Made by a program: the position numbers and the translations under genes
Shown: in pieces, positions 38,499-48,422 of the stretch
Numbering within the stretch: position 1 is the stretch's first letter
How the letters are laid out: each line of letters begins with the position of its first letter
NCBI GenBank assembly: GCA_041937175.2
Contig: CP166615.1
Span: 4,032,001 to 4,096,000 of the forward strand
Direction: 5' to 3'
DNA length: 64,000 nt
DNA from: Limnothrix sp. BL-A-16
Lineage (GTDB): Bacteria; Cyanobacteriota; Cyanobacteriia; CACIAM-69d
The notes under the pieces: model-generated
Told to the model about the DNA's origin: nothing
What the model saw: only the letters and a program-made list of their open reading frames with translations
Database searches by the model: none

Positions 38499-39194
38499 TC
38501 AGACCGTCACCAGTTGCCCGCATTGTTGATTGGCAGGCACGGCCTCAGCCATCTTTTGGGGATTTGGCAGCCCCAAATTTTGCATCAGGGTCACGAAGGT
38601 TGCGCGATCGTGCCCCACAAACCGAGGATTGCAGCGTTTTTCTTCCCCGATCGTGGAAACCGAAAAGCCGCGATAGTCATGGCCCGGGTAAACCAAGGTT
38701 TCATCGGGCAGCGCAAACAGCACTTCTGTCACCACTTGATAGAGCTGTTCGGCATTGCCGCTTTGGAAGTCCGTGCGACCACAGCCGCGAATGAGCAGGG
38801 AATCTCCCGTCAGCAAATGGGTTTGATTCACCAGATAGGCTAAGTGGCTGTCCGTGTGGCCCAGGGTGGCGATCGCTTGAATGGGCACTGAGCCAACCCA
38901 AAACACTTCGTCATCGTCCAAAGTGCGATCGGCGCAGGCGACCTTGGCCCCCATGGGAACAATTCCTTGGCAATCGGTCAAATCGCGTAGCCGACCGGCT
39001 CCGGTCACATGATCCGCGTGGACATGGGTTTCTAGGCAAGCCACCAGGGTCAAGCCCAGTTCCTGAATCAGTTTGTAGTCCCGATCGACCTGTTCCAAAA
39101 CCGAGTCCACCAAGACCGCTTGGCGACTGTCCCGATCGGCGATCAGGTAACTGTAGGTGCTCGTTTCCCGATCGAACAATTGCCGAAACAACAT
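38499..39194 (-). CDS. Persulfide dioxygenase (ETHE1-like MBL-fold)
   Basis: FRQLFD, ETHVHADHVTG, GCGRTDFQ, YPGHDY. Confidence 0.92.
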   Translation of the reverse strand: MLFRQLFDRETSTYSYLIADRDSRQAVLVDSVLEQVDRDYKLIQELGLTLVACLETHVHADHVTGAGRLRDLTDCQGIVPMGAKVACADRTLDDDEVFWVGSVPIQAIATLGHTDSHLAYLVNQTHLLTGDSLLIRGCGRTDFQSGNAEQLYQVVTEVLFALPDETLVYPGHDYRGFSVSTIGEEKRCNPRFVGHDRATFVTLMQNLGLPNPQKMAEAVPANQQCGQLVTV

Positions 39195-39306
39195 AGGGCA
39201 GTTCCTAAGAGTGAAGGGTGTTGGGCAAATTAGGAGGCAAATTGAAGGAGCAAGCAGCGGAATATGGTCTGAGAGAGGCTCTTGGTTCTTTTATGCTTGA
39301 TTAATT

Positions 39307-39328
39307 AATATAACTATATACTCATATT
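39307..39328. promoter_or_regulatory. Putative ArsR operator
   Basis: AATATAACTATATACTCATATT imperfect palindrome (18 of 22 positions) between the divergent PDO and ArsR genes. Confidence 0.55.
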
Positions 39329-39641
39329 TGGGATTTGCCACCCGATCGCCCCCATTTTTTCACCGGCTCCGTTAGCCTGGGTGGCCAGTCGTCACCCAGC
39401 TTCACTGGAATCGGGTTACCACCAGAATGCTCGATCGCCTTGATTTTGCCCAATACTTTCCTTCAGGGACAATTGAGCCATTCAATGGGGTAGAGTTGCC
39501 TTCGCAAGGGGATCAGAATCATTAACATCCTGTCGGGATCTCTCCTTCCCTGTCCGCTTCTGCCCTCGGTCAAGCCCTGATTCTGCATCCATGGCACCCC
39601 TCCGCAACTCTCCTTTTCCCTTCGCTTGGACATCGAGTTCT

Positions 39642-39986
39642 ATGGCTAATACCCTTGACCATGAGTTAGACGCACTGGCATTCGTCGCGGACTATCTCAA
39701 GGTTTTGTCGGAACGCAATCGATTGCGAGTGCTGTGCTGCTTGCGGGAGGGGCCCCGAAATGTGGCGGAAATTGTGGAAGCAACGGGCCTGACCCAGGCT
39801 AATACTTCCAAGCATCTAAAAGTTTTGTCTCAAGCGGGCATGGTTGCTCGACAATCCCAAGGCACCAGCGCCTATTACCGAATTGTGGATCCGCTGATTT
39901 TTGATCTTTGTGAATTAATTTGGCGGCGACTGAGCGATCGCTTGGAACAGCAACAACAGGTGATCGCCAGTTTTCGGGTGCAGTAA
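39642..39986 (+). CDS. ArsR/SmtB family transcriptional regulator
   Basis: LKVLSERNRLRVL, SKHLKVL winged HTH; three Cys. Confidence 0.92.
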   Translation: MANTLDHELDALAFVADYLKVLSERNRLRVLCCLREGPRNVAEIVEATGLTQANTSKHLKVLSQAGMVARQSQGTSAYYRIVDPLIFDLCELIWRRLSDRLEQQQQVIASFRVQ

Positions 39987-40168
39987 TTGGCCGATCGGGT
40001 GGCTATGCCAACGCGCCCTTAACGCGCCACTCACTCGCCATTAGCTCGCCCGCCATGAATTCGTCATGGAAGTGGGCTGTATGAAAGTGGGCTGCAATCA
40101 CCGGGGATTGTGCAATTTTTGCTACCGTTCAGACAGTCCCTCGAAATCGCGCCCCTCGAAATTTCGCC

Positions 40169-40861
40169 ATGGTAGCTCACCCTCGCATCACCCACGTTAT
40201 CTACGATCTCGACGGTTTGTTGCTGGATACGGAATCAATTAATGAAGCGGTGAACCGGGCGATCGCCGATCGCTACGGTTGTGCTTACGATCCAGCGGTG
40301 CGGGGACGCATCGCCGGGCGCGATGCCCACACGTCATCGGCGATTTTGGTGGAATGGTTGGGGTTGCCCATCAGTCCCGAGGAAATGTTGCAACAGCGGC
40401 GATCGCTGGTGGCCCAGTGGCAACCGGTGGCTAAACCGATGCCGGGGGCGGTGGAGTTGACCCATCACCTGCACCGATCGGGCGTTCCCCAGGCGATCGC
40501 CACCAGTTCCAGCCGCGGCCCCTTTGGTTGGAAGGCCGCACCTCACCGGGATTGGTTTCGCCTGTTTCACTGCACGGTGCTGAGTGATGATCCGGGGGTG
40601 CGCCAGGCCAAGCCCGCGCCGGATCTGTTTCGGGAAGCGGCTCGACGATTGGGGGCCGACCCGCGCCACTGTCTGGTGTTTGAGGATGCGCCAGCGGGCA
40701 TTGAGGCGGCCCGGGCGGCAGGAATGTCGGTGATTGCGATTCCGGATCCGGCCTTGGAGCGATCGAGCCTGGCCCAGGCCGATGCGATTTTGCCCTCTTT
40801 GCAGGCCTTTGAGCCGGCCGATTGGGGATTGCCCGCTCGGGTTCCAGCGGCGGTTTGCTAA
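40169..40861 (+). CDS. HAD-IA family phosphatase
   Basis: DLDGLLLDTE, KPAPDLF, VFEDAPAG. Confidence 0.92.
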   Translation: MVAHPRITHVIYDLDGLLLDTESINEAVNRAIADRYGCAYDPAVRGRIAGRDAHTSSAILVEWLGLPISPEEMLQQRRSLVAQWQPVAKPMPGAVELTHHLHRSGVPQAIATSSSRGPFGWKAAPHRDWFRLFHCTVLSDDPGVRQAKPAPDLFREAARRLGADPRHCLVFEDAPAGIEAARAAGMSVIAIPDPALERSSLAQADAILPSLQAFEPADWGLPARVPAAVC

Positions 40862-40894
40862 AGGGATGGGGCGATCGATGGGGCGCGTTCCGGC

Positions 40895-41467
40895 TTAACG
40901 GTTGGCTTCATCACCGTTTGCTTCAGGACTGAGCAGGTAGGTAGGGAGCCGATCGATGCTGGTTTGGTTCTTTGCTTGCCAATAGGCTTGCAGACCATCG
41001 GGGCCTTTGCGCTCCGCCCATTCCACTAACTGGGTGCGATCGCCCTGATAGTCAAACAACGGAACCCCAAACCCACAGGAGGTTTGCACCGAATCCACCG
41101 ACAGCAACATGATTTGGCGCGTACCGGGCAGGGCCTCGAATCGATCGAGCCAGGATTGCCAATCGAGATCCCGTGGCCGAATCACGCGCCCTTGGCCATA
41201 CAGCCGCAAAATTAACGGCGCACCCACAAAGCTGCAAAACATGAGGGTTAACCGGCCGTTTTCCGTTACGTGGGCTGCGGTTTCGTTGCCGCTGCCAGTC
41301 ACGTCCAAATAACCCACCAAATTGGGTTCAAAACAGCGAAAGGTGTCCATCCCCTTGGGCGACACATTCACTCGTCCCTCTTGGGGAGCGGATGCCGTGA
41401 AAAACAGCTTCTGTTGTTCAATAAAAGCGGCCAGTTCCGGTGTGATTTGCTCGTAAAATTTTGCCAT
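40895..41467 (-). CDS. Pyridoxamine 5'-phosphate oxidase family (FMN-binding) protein
   Basis: NVSPKG, GSGNETAAH, TSCGFGVP. Confidence 0.88.
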   Translation of the reverse strand: MAKFYEQITPELAAFIEQQKLFFTASAPQEGRVNVSPKGMDTFRCFEPNLVGYLDVTGSGNETAAHVTENGRLTLMFCSFVGAPLILRLYGQGRVIRPRDLDWQSWLDRFEALPGTRQIMLLSVDSVQTSCGFGVPLFDYQGDRTQLVEWAERKGPDGLQAYWQAKNQTSIDRLPTYLLSPEANGDEANR

Positions 41468-41609
41468 TTTGTTATCTCTAAACCTCTCTAGGGTTTTCTG
41501 AAATTCTCTGAAATTCTCTAAAATTTAAGCATTTGGAATTCGCAGGCTGGCGTGAATCCTCCAGCACCTTCTCCAATTTCTCAATTTTAGGTTATCCCTA
41601 GGTTATTCA

Positions 41610-43178
41610 ATGGCTGCTGCTTCTCCATCTGCTAGCTGCGCGATCGTCTGGTTTCGTACTGATTTGCGTCTCCATGATCATGAACCGCTCTTGGCGGCTG
41701 CCGAAAGCCACAAGACGTTGATTCCGGTCTATTGTTTTGACCCACGACAGTTTGCGGAAACTGCCTTTGGTTTTCCCAAAACGGGCCCCTTCCGCGCTCG
41801 ATTTTTGCTGGAATCGATTGCTGATCTGCGAGCAGCCTTACGAGCGAAGGGCAGTGATTTAATCGTGCGATCGGGGCTGCCAGAAGTGGTGTTACCGGCC
41901 CTGGCAGCGGAATATGGAGCACAGGCTATTTATTATCACGAAGAGGTGGGAACCGAAGAACAAGCGGTTGAATTGGCCCTCGAAGCAGCTCTGAAGACTC
42001 CACAAGCGCCCAGACCGATCCCGGGAAACATTCAAAGCAAAGTTTATTGGGGCCACACCCTCTATCACCCGGATAATTTGCCCTTTGAGATTGGTCAAAT
42101 CCCAGAGCTATTTACGGAATTTCGGAAAACCGTTGAAGCGCGATCGACCATTGATCCCCCCTTGCCCCCGCCCGATCGCCTGCCACCTCTGCCGCCGGAT
42201 CTGAACCCCGGTGAATTGCCCCGTTTGGCCGATTGGGGGTTGGTGGAACCGGAACCCAGCCCCTTGGCGCTGATCTCGTTTACGGGTGGCGAACAGGCCG
42301 GCTTCCAGCGGCTTCAGGAATACATTTGGGATGGCGATCATTTGCGGGTTTATAAGCAAACGCGCAACGGTATGTTGCAGCCCAATGATGCATCGAAATT
42401 CTCGCCTTGGTTGGCGCTGGGCTGTCTTTCGCCTCGGAAAATTTGGGCCGAAGTGCAAGCCTATGAACAGAAAGTGATTCGCAATGAATCTACCTATTGG
42501 CTCATTTTTGAACTGTTGTGGCGCGACTATTTCCGCTGGATTGTGGCGAAACATCGCCATCGAGTTTTTCGAGTGACGGGTTTGCAGGGAATAGCAATTC
42601 CTTGGCGACGGGATGCGGCGGCTTTTGCGGCTTGGTGCAACGGGCAAACGGGCTATCCCTTGGTGGATGCCAACATGCGAGAACTCCGCGCCACAGGGTT
42701 TATGTCGAATCGAGGTCGTCAAAATGTGGCCAGCTTTTTAACCAAGAATTTGGGAATTGATTGGCGAATGGGGGCCGAGTGGTTTGAATCTTGGTTGATT
42801 GATTATGATGTGTGCAGCAATTGGGGTAATTGGAACTACACGGCTGGGGTGGGAAATGATGCAAGAGGGTTTCGCTTTTTCAATATTTTGAAGCAAGCCA
42901 AGGATTACGATCCGCAAGGGGAATACGTGAAACATTGGCTCCCGGAATTGCGTCAATTGCCCGCTGGAAAAGTGCATCATCCCTGGATGTTGTTGCCCGT
43001 GGAACAGGAGCGGTTTGGTGTACAAATTGGCTGTGATTATCCAGGGGCGATCGTGGATTTGTTTGAGTCGGCGGCGGAGAATGAAGCCCTTTATAACCGA
43101 GCGATCGGGCAGGGTGCTGCGGGTCGCTCAAAGCCGGCCCATCGGGGTTCCCGGCGCGATCGCCCCCGACGACCTTAG
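41610..43178 (+). CDS. cry: Cryptochrome DASH
   Basis: WFRTDLRLHDH, YKQTRNG, MSNRGRQNVASF, DYDVCSNWGNW. Confidence 0.93.
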   Translation: MAAASPSASCAIVWFRTDLRLHDHEPLLAAAESHKTLIPVYCFDPRQFAETAFGFPKTGPFRARFLLESIADLRAALRAKGSDLIVRSGLPEVVLPALAAEYGAQAIYYHEEVGTEEQAVELALEAALKTPQAPRPIPGNIQSKVYWGHTLYHPDNLPFEIGQIPELFTEFRKTVEARSTIDPPLPPPDRLPPLPPDLNPGELPRLADWGLVEPEPSPLALISFTGGEQAGFQRLQEYIWDGDHLRVYKQTRNGMLQPNDASKFSPWLALGCLSPRKIWAEVQAYEQKVIRNESTYWLIFELLWRDYFRWIVAKHRHRVFRVTGLQGIAIPWRRDAAAFAAWCNGQTGYPLVDANMRELRATGFMSNRGRQNVASFLTKNLGIDWRMGAEWFESWLIDYDVCSNWGNWNYTAGVGNDARGFRFFNILKQAKDYDPQGEYVKHWLPELRQLPAGKVHHPWMLLPVEQERFGVQIGCDYPGAIVDLFESAAENEALYNRAIGQGAAGRSKPAHRGSRRDRPRRP

Positions 43179-43454
43179 GAAGCTGTTTCAAAAGCCAAAA
43201 TTGCTACCTTGTAGGTCTGATCGATCGGGACAAACAAGGGGTTTAGGACTTGTCGCCAAATCGTCTGAAACCCTGATTCCACCGTTAGCGGATCGTGGGG
43301 AGCAAGGGGCTTGAGCATCTTGTTACGACGACTAGGGTACGGAAGATCAACCGTTTCAGCCTCACCTCGAAAAATGACGACAGGCCCTTAATCCCTGTGC
43401 TCCGCGATTTATGGATCCTTGCCCCATGCCCAAAGACACTTTTCAGACATTTTC
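43179..43454. mobile_element. Nested MITE: element A containing element B (43246-43387) in the opposite relative orientation
   Basis: A ends GAAGCTGTTTCAAAAG...CTTTTCAGACATTTTC; B ends GGACTTGTCGCCA...TGACGACAGGCCC. Confidence 0.78.
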
Positions 43455-43566
43455 TGAGGCATCAAGGGGTTTCATTGATGTTTTGGAGCGGTAACGTTGG
43501 GCCAGGAACTTTGGATAGATACGGTGACGAGAGTAATTCTGGGCAAGATTTGGAGGTAAGAGGGTG

Positions 43567-45324
43567 ATGGAGCGATCGATGACAACGGCAGCAACCCACC
43601 AAAATCGGGTCAGCCCTTCCGGTTACGGACTGCGACGGCGGTTGGGGCGATCGCTGGTGGCCTTGGGGGCCAGCCTGCTGGCCGGTGGCTTCGCGCCCGC
43701 CTTGGCCCAAGCTGCCGAGCGGATTGAGCTGACCTTTGGGGCCTTGGGCCTGTCGATCGAAATGAAGTCCCTAGAAGACTTTGTGGCGACCGGTGAAATT
43801 TCCGATGAGCTGGAGTTCTATACCCGGTTTCTGACTCCCGATCAATTGGCTCAGGTGCGATCGGCCCTGACCGATCGCCTGGATATCAACCTGTTGGCCG
43901 TGTCGCAATTCTTCAATGCGCCCCAAGGGGAAACCATCCTGCGGCGCTTGGCCCAAGTGATCCGCACCGGGCGCAATTTACAAAGTGTGCCGGCCCTGCG
44001 TGCTGCGATCGTCCGTTCCGCCGCCGACCCGGAAGGACTAACCCCCCTGAATTTGCTGCGCTACTATCCCACTCCCAGTATGCGAGTGGACTTGGCCCAA
44101 GCCCTGAGCCTGTGGCGACAAATTGAGGAAACCACCATTCACCAAGACCAAGCCACCGCCGCCGTGGAAACGGCCTTTGCGGCCCAAGCTGGCTCTCCCA
44201 TTACGCCGCCCCCTTTTGAGTTGCGACAACCGGGCCCCTATGCGACCGCCAAAACCAACCGTGTAATTCAGCCGCGCGATCGTCGTCCCTTTGCGGCCGA
44301 TCTTTACTGGCCCTTGGCCGCGACGGGCGATCGCCCCGTGGTGGTCATTTCCCACGGACTCGGATCCGATCGACGCACCTATGGTTACCTGGGCGAACAC
44401 TTGGCCTCCCACGGTTTCATTGCCATCCTGCTGGAGCACCCCGGCAGCGACAGCCGCTACATCCAAGCCCTGATTAACGGCGAGGCCAGCGAAGCCGCCG
44501 ACCCCAGGGAGTTCATTTCGCGGCCGGCCGATGTGCGCGACATTCTCAACGAACTGGCAACCAACCCCCAAGCCCCTGGAGGATTCACCGGGGTCATTGA
44601 CCTCGATCGCACGGCCGTAGTGGGGCAGTCCTTTGGTGGATACACCGCCCTGGCCAGTGCCGGGGCCCCGCTGAATTTCAAGCGGCTGAAAACCGACTGC
44701 GCCTCCGACGACCTGTTTTGGAATACGTCGCTGCTGTTGCAATGTCGGGCTTTGGTGGTGCGCCCCACGCCTGACACGGATTATCTATCCCTGCAAGATG
44801 CCAGGGTGAAGGCCGTGGTGGCCATTAGCCCAATTACTTCCAGCCTGTTTGGGCGCGAAGGGATTGCCCAACTGCAAGTGCCCACGGCGATTTTGTCGGC
44901 CAGTAATGACCCGATCGCCCTGCCCTTGTCGGAGCAGTTGCGCCCCTTTGCTCAAATGTCGATCGCGGATAAGTATCTGTTGGTGCTGCGAGGTGGCACG
45001 CATTTTTCAACGCTGGGGGCCACGGGCGATGAAACCGTGCAGCTTCCGGCTAGCTTGGTGGGCCCCCGGCCGGACTTGGCTCGCGACTACACGAAAGCCT
45101 TCATCACGGCTTTTTTGAAGCGATATTTGGGGAACGATCACACTATGGCGAACCATCTCACCCCCCAATGGGCCAATTCCGTTTCTCAGCCAGAGTTGCC
45201 GCTGTATTTGCTGAGTCAACTCTCGATCGAGCAGTTGCCGCGCCCCGTGGCCCACAGGCCAACCAAAAATTCCCGATGGATTGCCAATCGCCACCGGCCC
45301 GATCAACCCATCCAGACCCGCTGA
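43567..45324 (+). CDS. DUF1400-domain alpha/beta hydrolase
   Basis: AERI N-terminus after signal peptide, ISHGLGS, GQSFGG nucleophile elbow, GTHFS. Confidence 0.88.
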   Translation: MERSMTTAATHQNRVSPSGYGLRRRLGRSLVALGASLLAGGFAPALAQAAERIELTFGALGLSIEMKSLEDFVATGEISDELEFYTRFLTPDQLAQVRSALTDRLDINLLAVSQFFNAPQGETILRRLAQVIRTGRNLQSVPALRAAIVRSAADPEGLTPLNLLRYYPTPSMRVDLAQALSLWRQIEETTIHQDQATAAVETAFAAQAGSPITPPPFELRQPGPYATAKTNRVIQPRDRRPFAADLYWPLAATGDRPVVVISHGLGSDRRTYGYLGEHLASHGFIAILLEHPGSDSRYIQALINGEASEAADPREFISRPADVRDILNELATNPQAPGGFTGVIDLDRTAVVGQSFGGYTALASAGAPLNFKRLKTDCASDDLFWNTSLLLQCRALVVRPTPDTDYLSLQDARVKAVVAISPITSSLFGREGIAQLQVPTAILSASNDPIALPLSEQLRPFAQMSIADKYLLVLRGGTHFSTLGATGDETVQLPASLVGPRPDLARDYTKAFITAFLKRYLGNDHTMANHLTPQWANSVSQPELPLYLLSQLSIEQLPRPVAHRPTKNSRWIANRHRPDQPIQTR

Positions 45325-45412
45325 AGAAATGGGGCTATGGCGAGTGGATTGGGGCGATCGTCAGGGAATTGGGACGAGCAAGCGCTCAATCCTCTAGTTC
45401 AATCCTCTGGGC

Positions 45413-45553
45413 CTAATCTTCGTGATCTTCAAAGGGATCCGACAAATTCTCAGACGGCGGCCCAAAAGCCACATAAATCGAGTACCCCGTGATGGCAACC
45501 AGAATTGTGCCGAGGGCAATTCCCAATGTTAAAGCAGAGTTGTCTTCTAGCAT
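45413..45553 (-). CDS. psbN: Photosystem II assembly protein PsbN
   Basis: Translated by hand: [46 protein letters not shown]; divergent from psbH. Confidence 0.95.
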   Translation of the reverse strand: MLEDNSALTLGIALGTILVAITGYSIYVAFGPPSENLSDPFEDHED

Positions 45554-45885
45554 GGTTTAAGGGTCTCGATGGCCGGGCCGCTGGCCCATTTCTCGCAAAT
45601 TGTAACAATTAGTTAAGTAAAATCGCAAACTTCTCAGGGAGTCCGCCCGATCGCCCACTGCCCGCTAGCCTTAGTTCTCAGGCCACCGCTGGCTTGCCCC
45701 CACGGAACTCCCCAAACAGCAGGCACAGCCGTTTGATAGAATACCCAATCAAATAGCATTGGCGGCGTGCTGCATTCGTGCGGCAATTGCTGCACTATTT
45801 AATAAAAAGCAACATCAACGGCAACGCCCAGTTGCTTCAACGGCTGCAAGACTCCATTGTTGCGAAACACTACGGTAGGGATAAG

Positions 45886-46089
45886 ATGGCTCAACGGACT
45901 CGCCTGGGCGACATTTTGCGCCCGTTAAATGCGGAATACGGTAAGGTGGCTCCCGGCTGGGGGACGACCCCGCTGATGGCTGTTTTCATGGGGTTGTTTT
46001 TTGTGTTCCTGCTGATCATCTTGCAGGTGTACAACACCTCGATCTTGATTGAAGGCGTTAATGTCGATTGGAAGTCGCTGGGTCAATAG
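45886..46089 (+). CDS. psbH: Photosystem II protein PsbH
   Basis: [29 protein letters not shown]. Confidence 0.97.
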   Translation: MAQRTRLGDILRPLNAEYGKVAPGWGTTPLMAVFMGLFFVFLLIILQVYNTSILIEGVNVDWKSLGQ

Positions 46090-46272
46090 ATTTCGGTGAA
46101 TGGCTTGGGGTGATGAGTCTGCATCAACAGATTTCAGATTTCCACCCCAAGAATGGCCCGCCCGATCGACTGGTTTGAGGAACTAACAGCTAGAGAATTG
46201 CTGAGTTCTGAGCGTTGGATTCTACAAATCTTTGAGAGTTAAGTCATCAACTGGTCGATCGCCCAGTCCCAC

Positions 46273-46298
46273 AGCCCCGGTGTATCCGGGCTTTTTTA
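46273..46298 (+). terminator. Terminator downstream of psbH
   Basis: GCCCCGG-TGTAT-CCGGGC-TTTTTT. Confidence 0.65.
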
Positions 46299-46346
46299 TG
46301 GGCAACATTCGCCATACCACCGACCTTGATCTTGGCTTGCTCTTGG

Positions 46347-46624
46347 AAGGATGTCTGAGAAGTAGCTCGGGATGCTGGCAAAGCGCGGGTAGTCGTGGGG
46401 GCAAGGGGCTTAGGGCCTGTCGTCGTTGAGCACGAAACCCTAGACCTGACCTTAACGGATCGTGGGGGGCAAGGGGCTTAAGCCCCTTGTTACGACGATC
46501 TGGGCGCGAAAGATCAACCGTTTCAGCATCACCTTGAAAAATGACGATACCCCCCAAGCCCCTTGTCTCTGTTGCTCGACGAGACGACCGACAGGGTAGT
46601 CGTTTTGGCTTTTCAGACATCCCC
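46347..46624. mobile_element. Nested MITE: element A (reverse) containing element B (46413-46554)
   Basis: A ends AAGGATGTCTGAGAAG...CTTTTCAGACATCCCC; B ends GGGCCTGTCGTCG...TGACGATACCCCC with its own intact central palindrome. Confidence 0.8.
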
Positions 46625-46849
46625 TGAGTCAGACGGACCCTGAGCCTGCGCGACGGGGCCTTGGGATGGAATAATCTGAACGTGCAAATTACTGTTCGAT
46701 TATTTTCGATTATTGGTGTTGACTCGTTGCTAGCCAGTTACGGATTAGCGTTTGTTTGATCATTTTCGTTCGAGCATTTTTGTTTCAGCGTTGTTGCTTG
46801 ATCGTTTTCTTGCGATCGCCCCGGTCATTTCCATTGCAAGGATCGCCCC

Positions 46850-47182
46850 ATGAACATTTTTGGCATTGGCCCAGCAGAGTTGTTTTTGATTGGCGTTGTC
46901 GCTTTGTTGGTCTTTGGCCCGAAAAAGTTGCCGGAAATTGGCCGCAGCCTGGGCAAGACTCTGAAATCCTTCCAGGAAGCCTCGCGGGAATTTGAATCGG
47001 AACTGAAGCGGGAAATGGATCGGGCCGAAGCCCCTGCTTCCACCAGCATGACCGCCACGATCGAGCCGCCTGCACAACCTGCCCTGGCCAGTTCGGAGCC
47101 GGCCACCCCTGTCACCCCCGCCGAAGCGGAACCGGCCCCAGCCGCCAAAACCAATGCGGTAGATTCGATCGATCCGGTTTAG
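46850..47182 (+). CDS. tatA: Twin-arginine translocase TatA
   Basis: FGIGPAEL...FGPKKLPEIGRSLGK. Confidence 0.95.
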   Translation: MNIFGIGPAELFLIGVVALLVFGPKKLPEIGRSLGKTLKSFQEASREFESELKREMDRAEAPASTSMTATIEPPAQPALASSEPATPVTPAEAEPAPAAKTNAVDSIDPV

Positions 47183-47279
47183 GGGCTTCCGGTTGGATCG
47201 CTTCCGGTTGAAGTGTTTTCGGTTGGAGTTCTGTTGATTCACCCTTGAAGTCGTCTGCGCTTAAGTCGATTCCAAAGCC

Positions 47280-47981
47280 ATGCCCAAAGGTCAATCTGCA
47301 TCGTCATCAGAACCCCTAATTCCGAAGCTGATTGTGGGGCTGGGCAACCCAGAACCCAAGTACGATCGCACCCGCCACAACATTGGCTTTGAAGTCATTG
47401 ATGAGCTGGCGAAGGTGTGGGGCATTTCCCTGAGCGAAAATCGCCGGTTCAATGCCCTCGCCGGAGAGGGGCGATCGCCCTTTGGCAAGATTTATTTGCT
47501 GAAACCCCTGACCTATATGAATCGATCGGGCCAGGCCATCCGCGCCGCGATCGATTGGTATAAGCTGCCACCGGAATCAGTCCTCACGATCTACGACGAT
47601 ATGGATCTGCCCTTGGGCCGGTTGCGGCTGCGGGAAACCGGCTCGGCCGGCGGTCACAATGGCATGAAATCCACGATTGCCCATCTGGGAACGCAGGATT
47701 TTCCGCGTTTGCGGTTGGGAATTGGGCGGCCCCGGGTGGTCAGCGGCGAAACGGTGTCCCATGTGTTGGGCAAGTTTGCGCCCGAGGAACAACCCACGGT
47801 GCAAGCCCTGTTGCGGTTGAGTGTGGAGACGATCGAGCGATCGCTCCGAGATGGCGTGGCCAAAGCCGCCAGCTTGTATAACAATCGCGATGTGGCTCCA
47901 CCCAAGCCCAAACTGGCCCCCACGCCCGAAGCACCTGCAACGCCCGATCGGGCCCCGCAGGATCCGCAACCGGTTTCCTAG
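47280..47981 (+). CDS. pth: Peptidyl-tRNA hydrolase
   Basis: GLGNP...TRHNIGF, KPLTYMNRSG, GGHNGMKS. Confidence 0.97.
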   Translation: MPKGQSASSSEPLIPKLIVGLGNPEPKYDRTRHNIGFEVIDELAKVWGISLSENRRFNALAGEGRSPFGKIYLLKPLTYMNRSGQAIRAAIDWYKLPPESVLTIYDDMDLPLGRLRLRETGSAGGHNGMKSTIAHLGTQDFPRLRLGIGRPRVVSGETVSHVLGKFAPEEQPTVQALLRLSVETIERSLRDGVAKAASLYNNRDVAPPKPKLAPTPEAPATPDRAPQDPQPVS

Positions 47982-48077
47982 CCGAGTTTCCAGCGGCCTA
48001 GCCTGATTCGGTTGATCTGGTTGACCCTGCCCGCTTGTCCACGGTTCATCTACTATTCCGCACTGTCGGCCTGCGCC

Positions 48078-48347
48078 GTGAGTCGTCGAGAAAATCCGTT
48101 GCCCCAAACGATCGCCCTTGTGCGCATTACCCGCCAGTCCTGGAATGAGGGCAAACTAGAAGGCGAAGTCAGCGCTGGGGAATTCACCTGGGAATTTGTT
48201 TGGCACTTTCGCCAAGGAGGGTTGCGGGTTCAGCCGTCCATGGGGCGGGCCCTGATTCGGGAGCCGCTGGCCCGATTTCTGGAAACCCACGACTATCAAC
48301 TAGAAGCGGGCGGCGATTATTCCTTCCCAATCCGGGCCCGGCTCTAG
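48078..48347 (+). CDS. DUF3146-like cyanobacterial protein
   Basis: PQTIALVRITRQSW, PSMGRALI.EPL.RFLE. Confidence 0.75.
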   Translation: MSRRENPLPQTIALVRITRQSWNEGKLEGEVSAGEFTWEFVWHFRQGGLRVQPSMGRALIREPLARFLETHDYQLEAGGDYSFPIRARL

Positions 48348-48422
48348 GCATTGCCTCGGGATTTTCTGAAGTTTGCCCGCAGAATTCCTCCCCGCGATTG
48401 TTCAACAACGGAGCAACGAACC

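Noticed and set aside
37753..38529. 258-aa plus-strand ORF
   Set aside because: Antisense shadow of the rhodanese gene.
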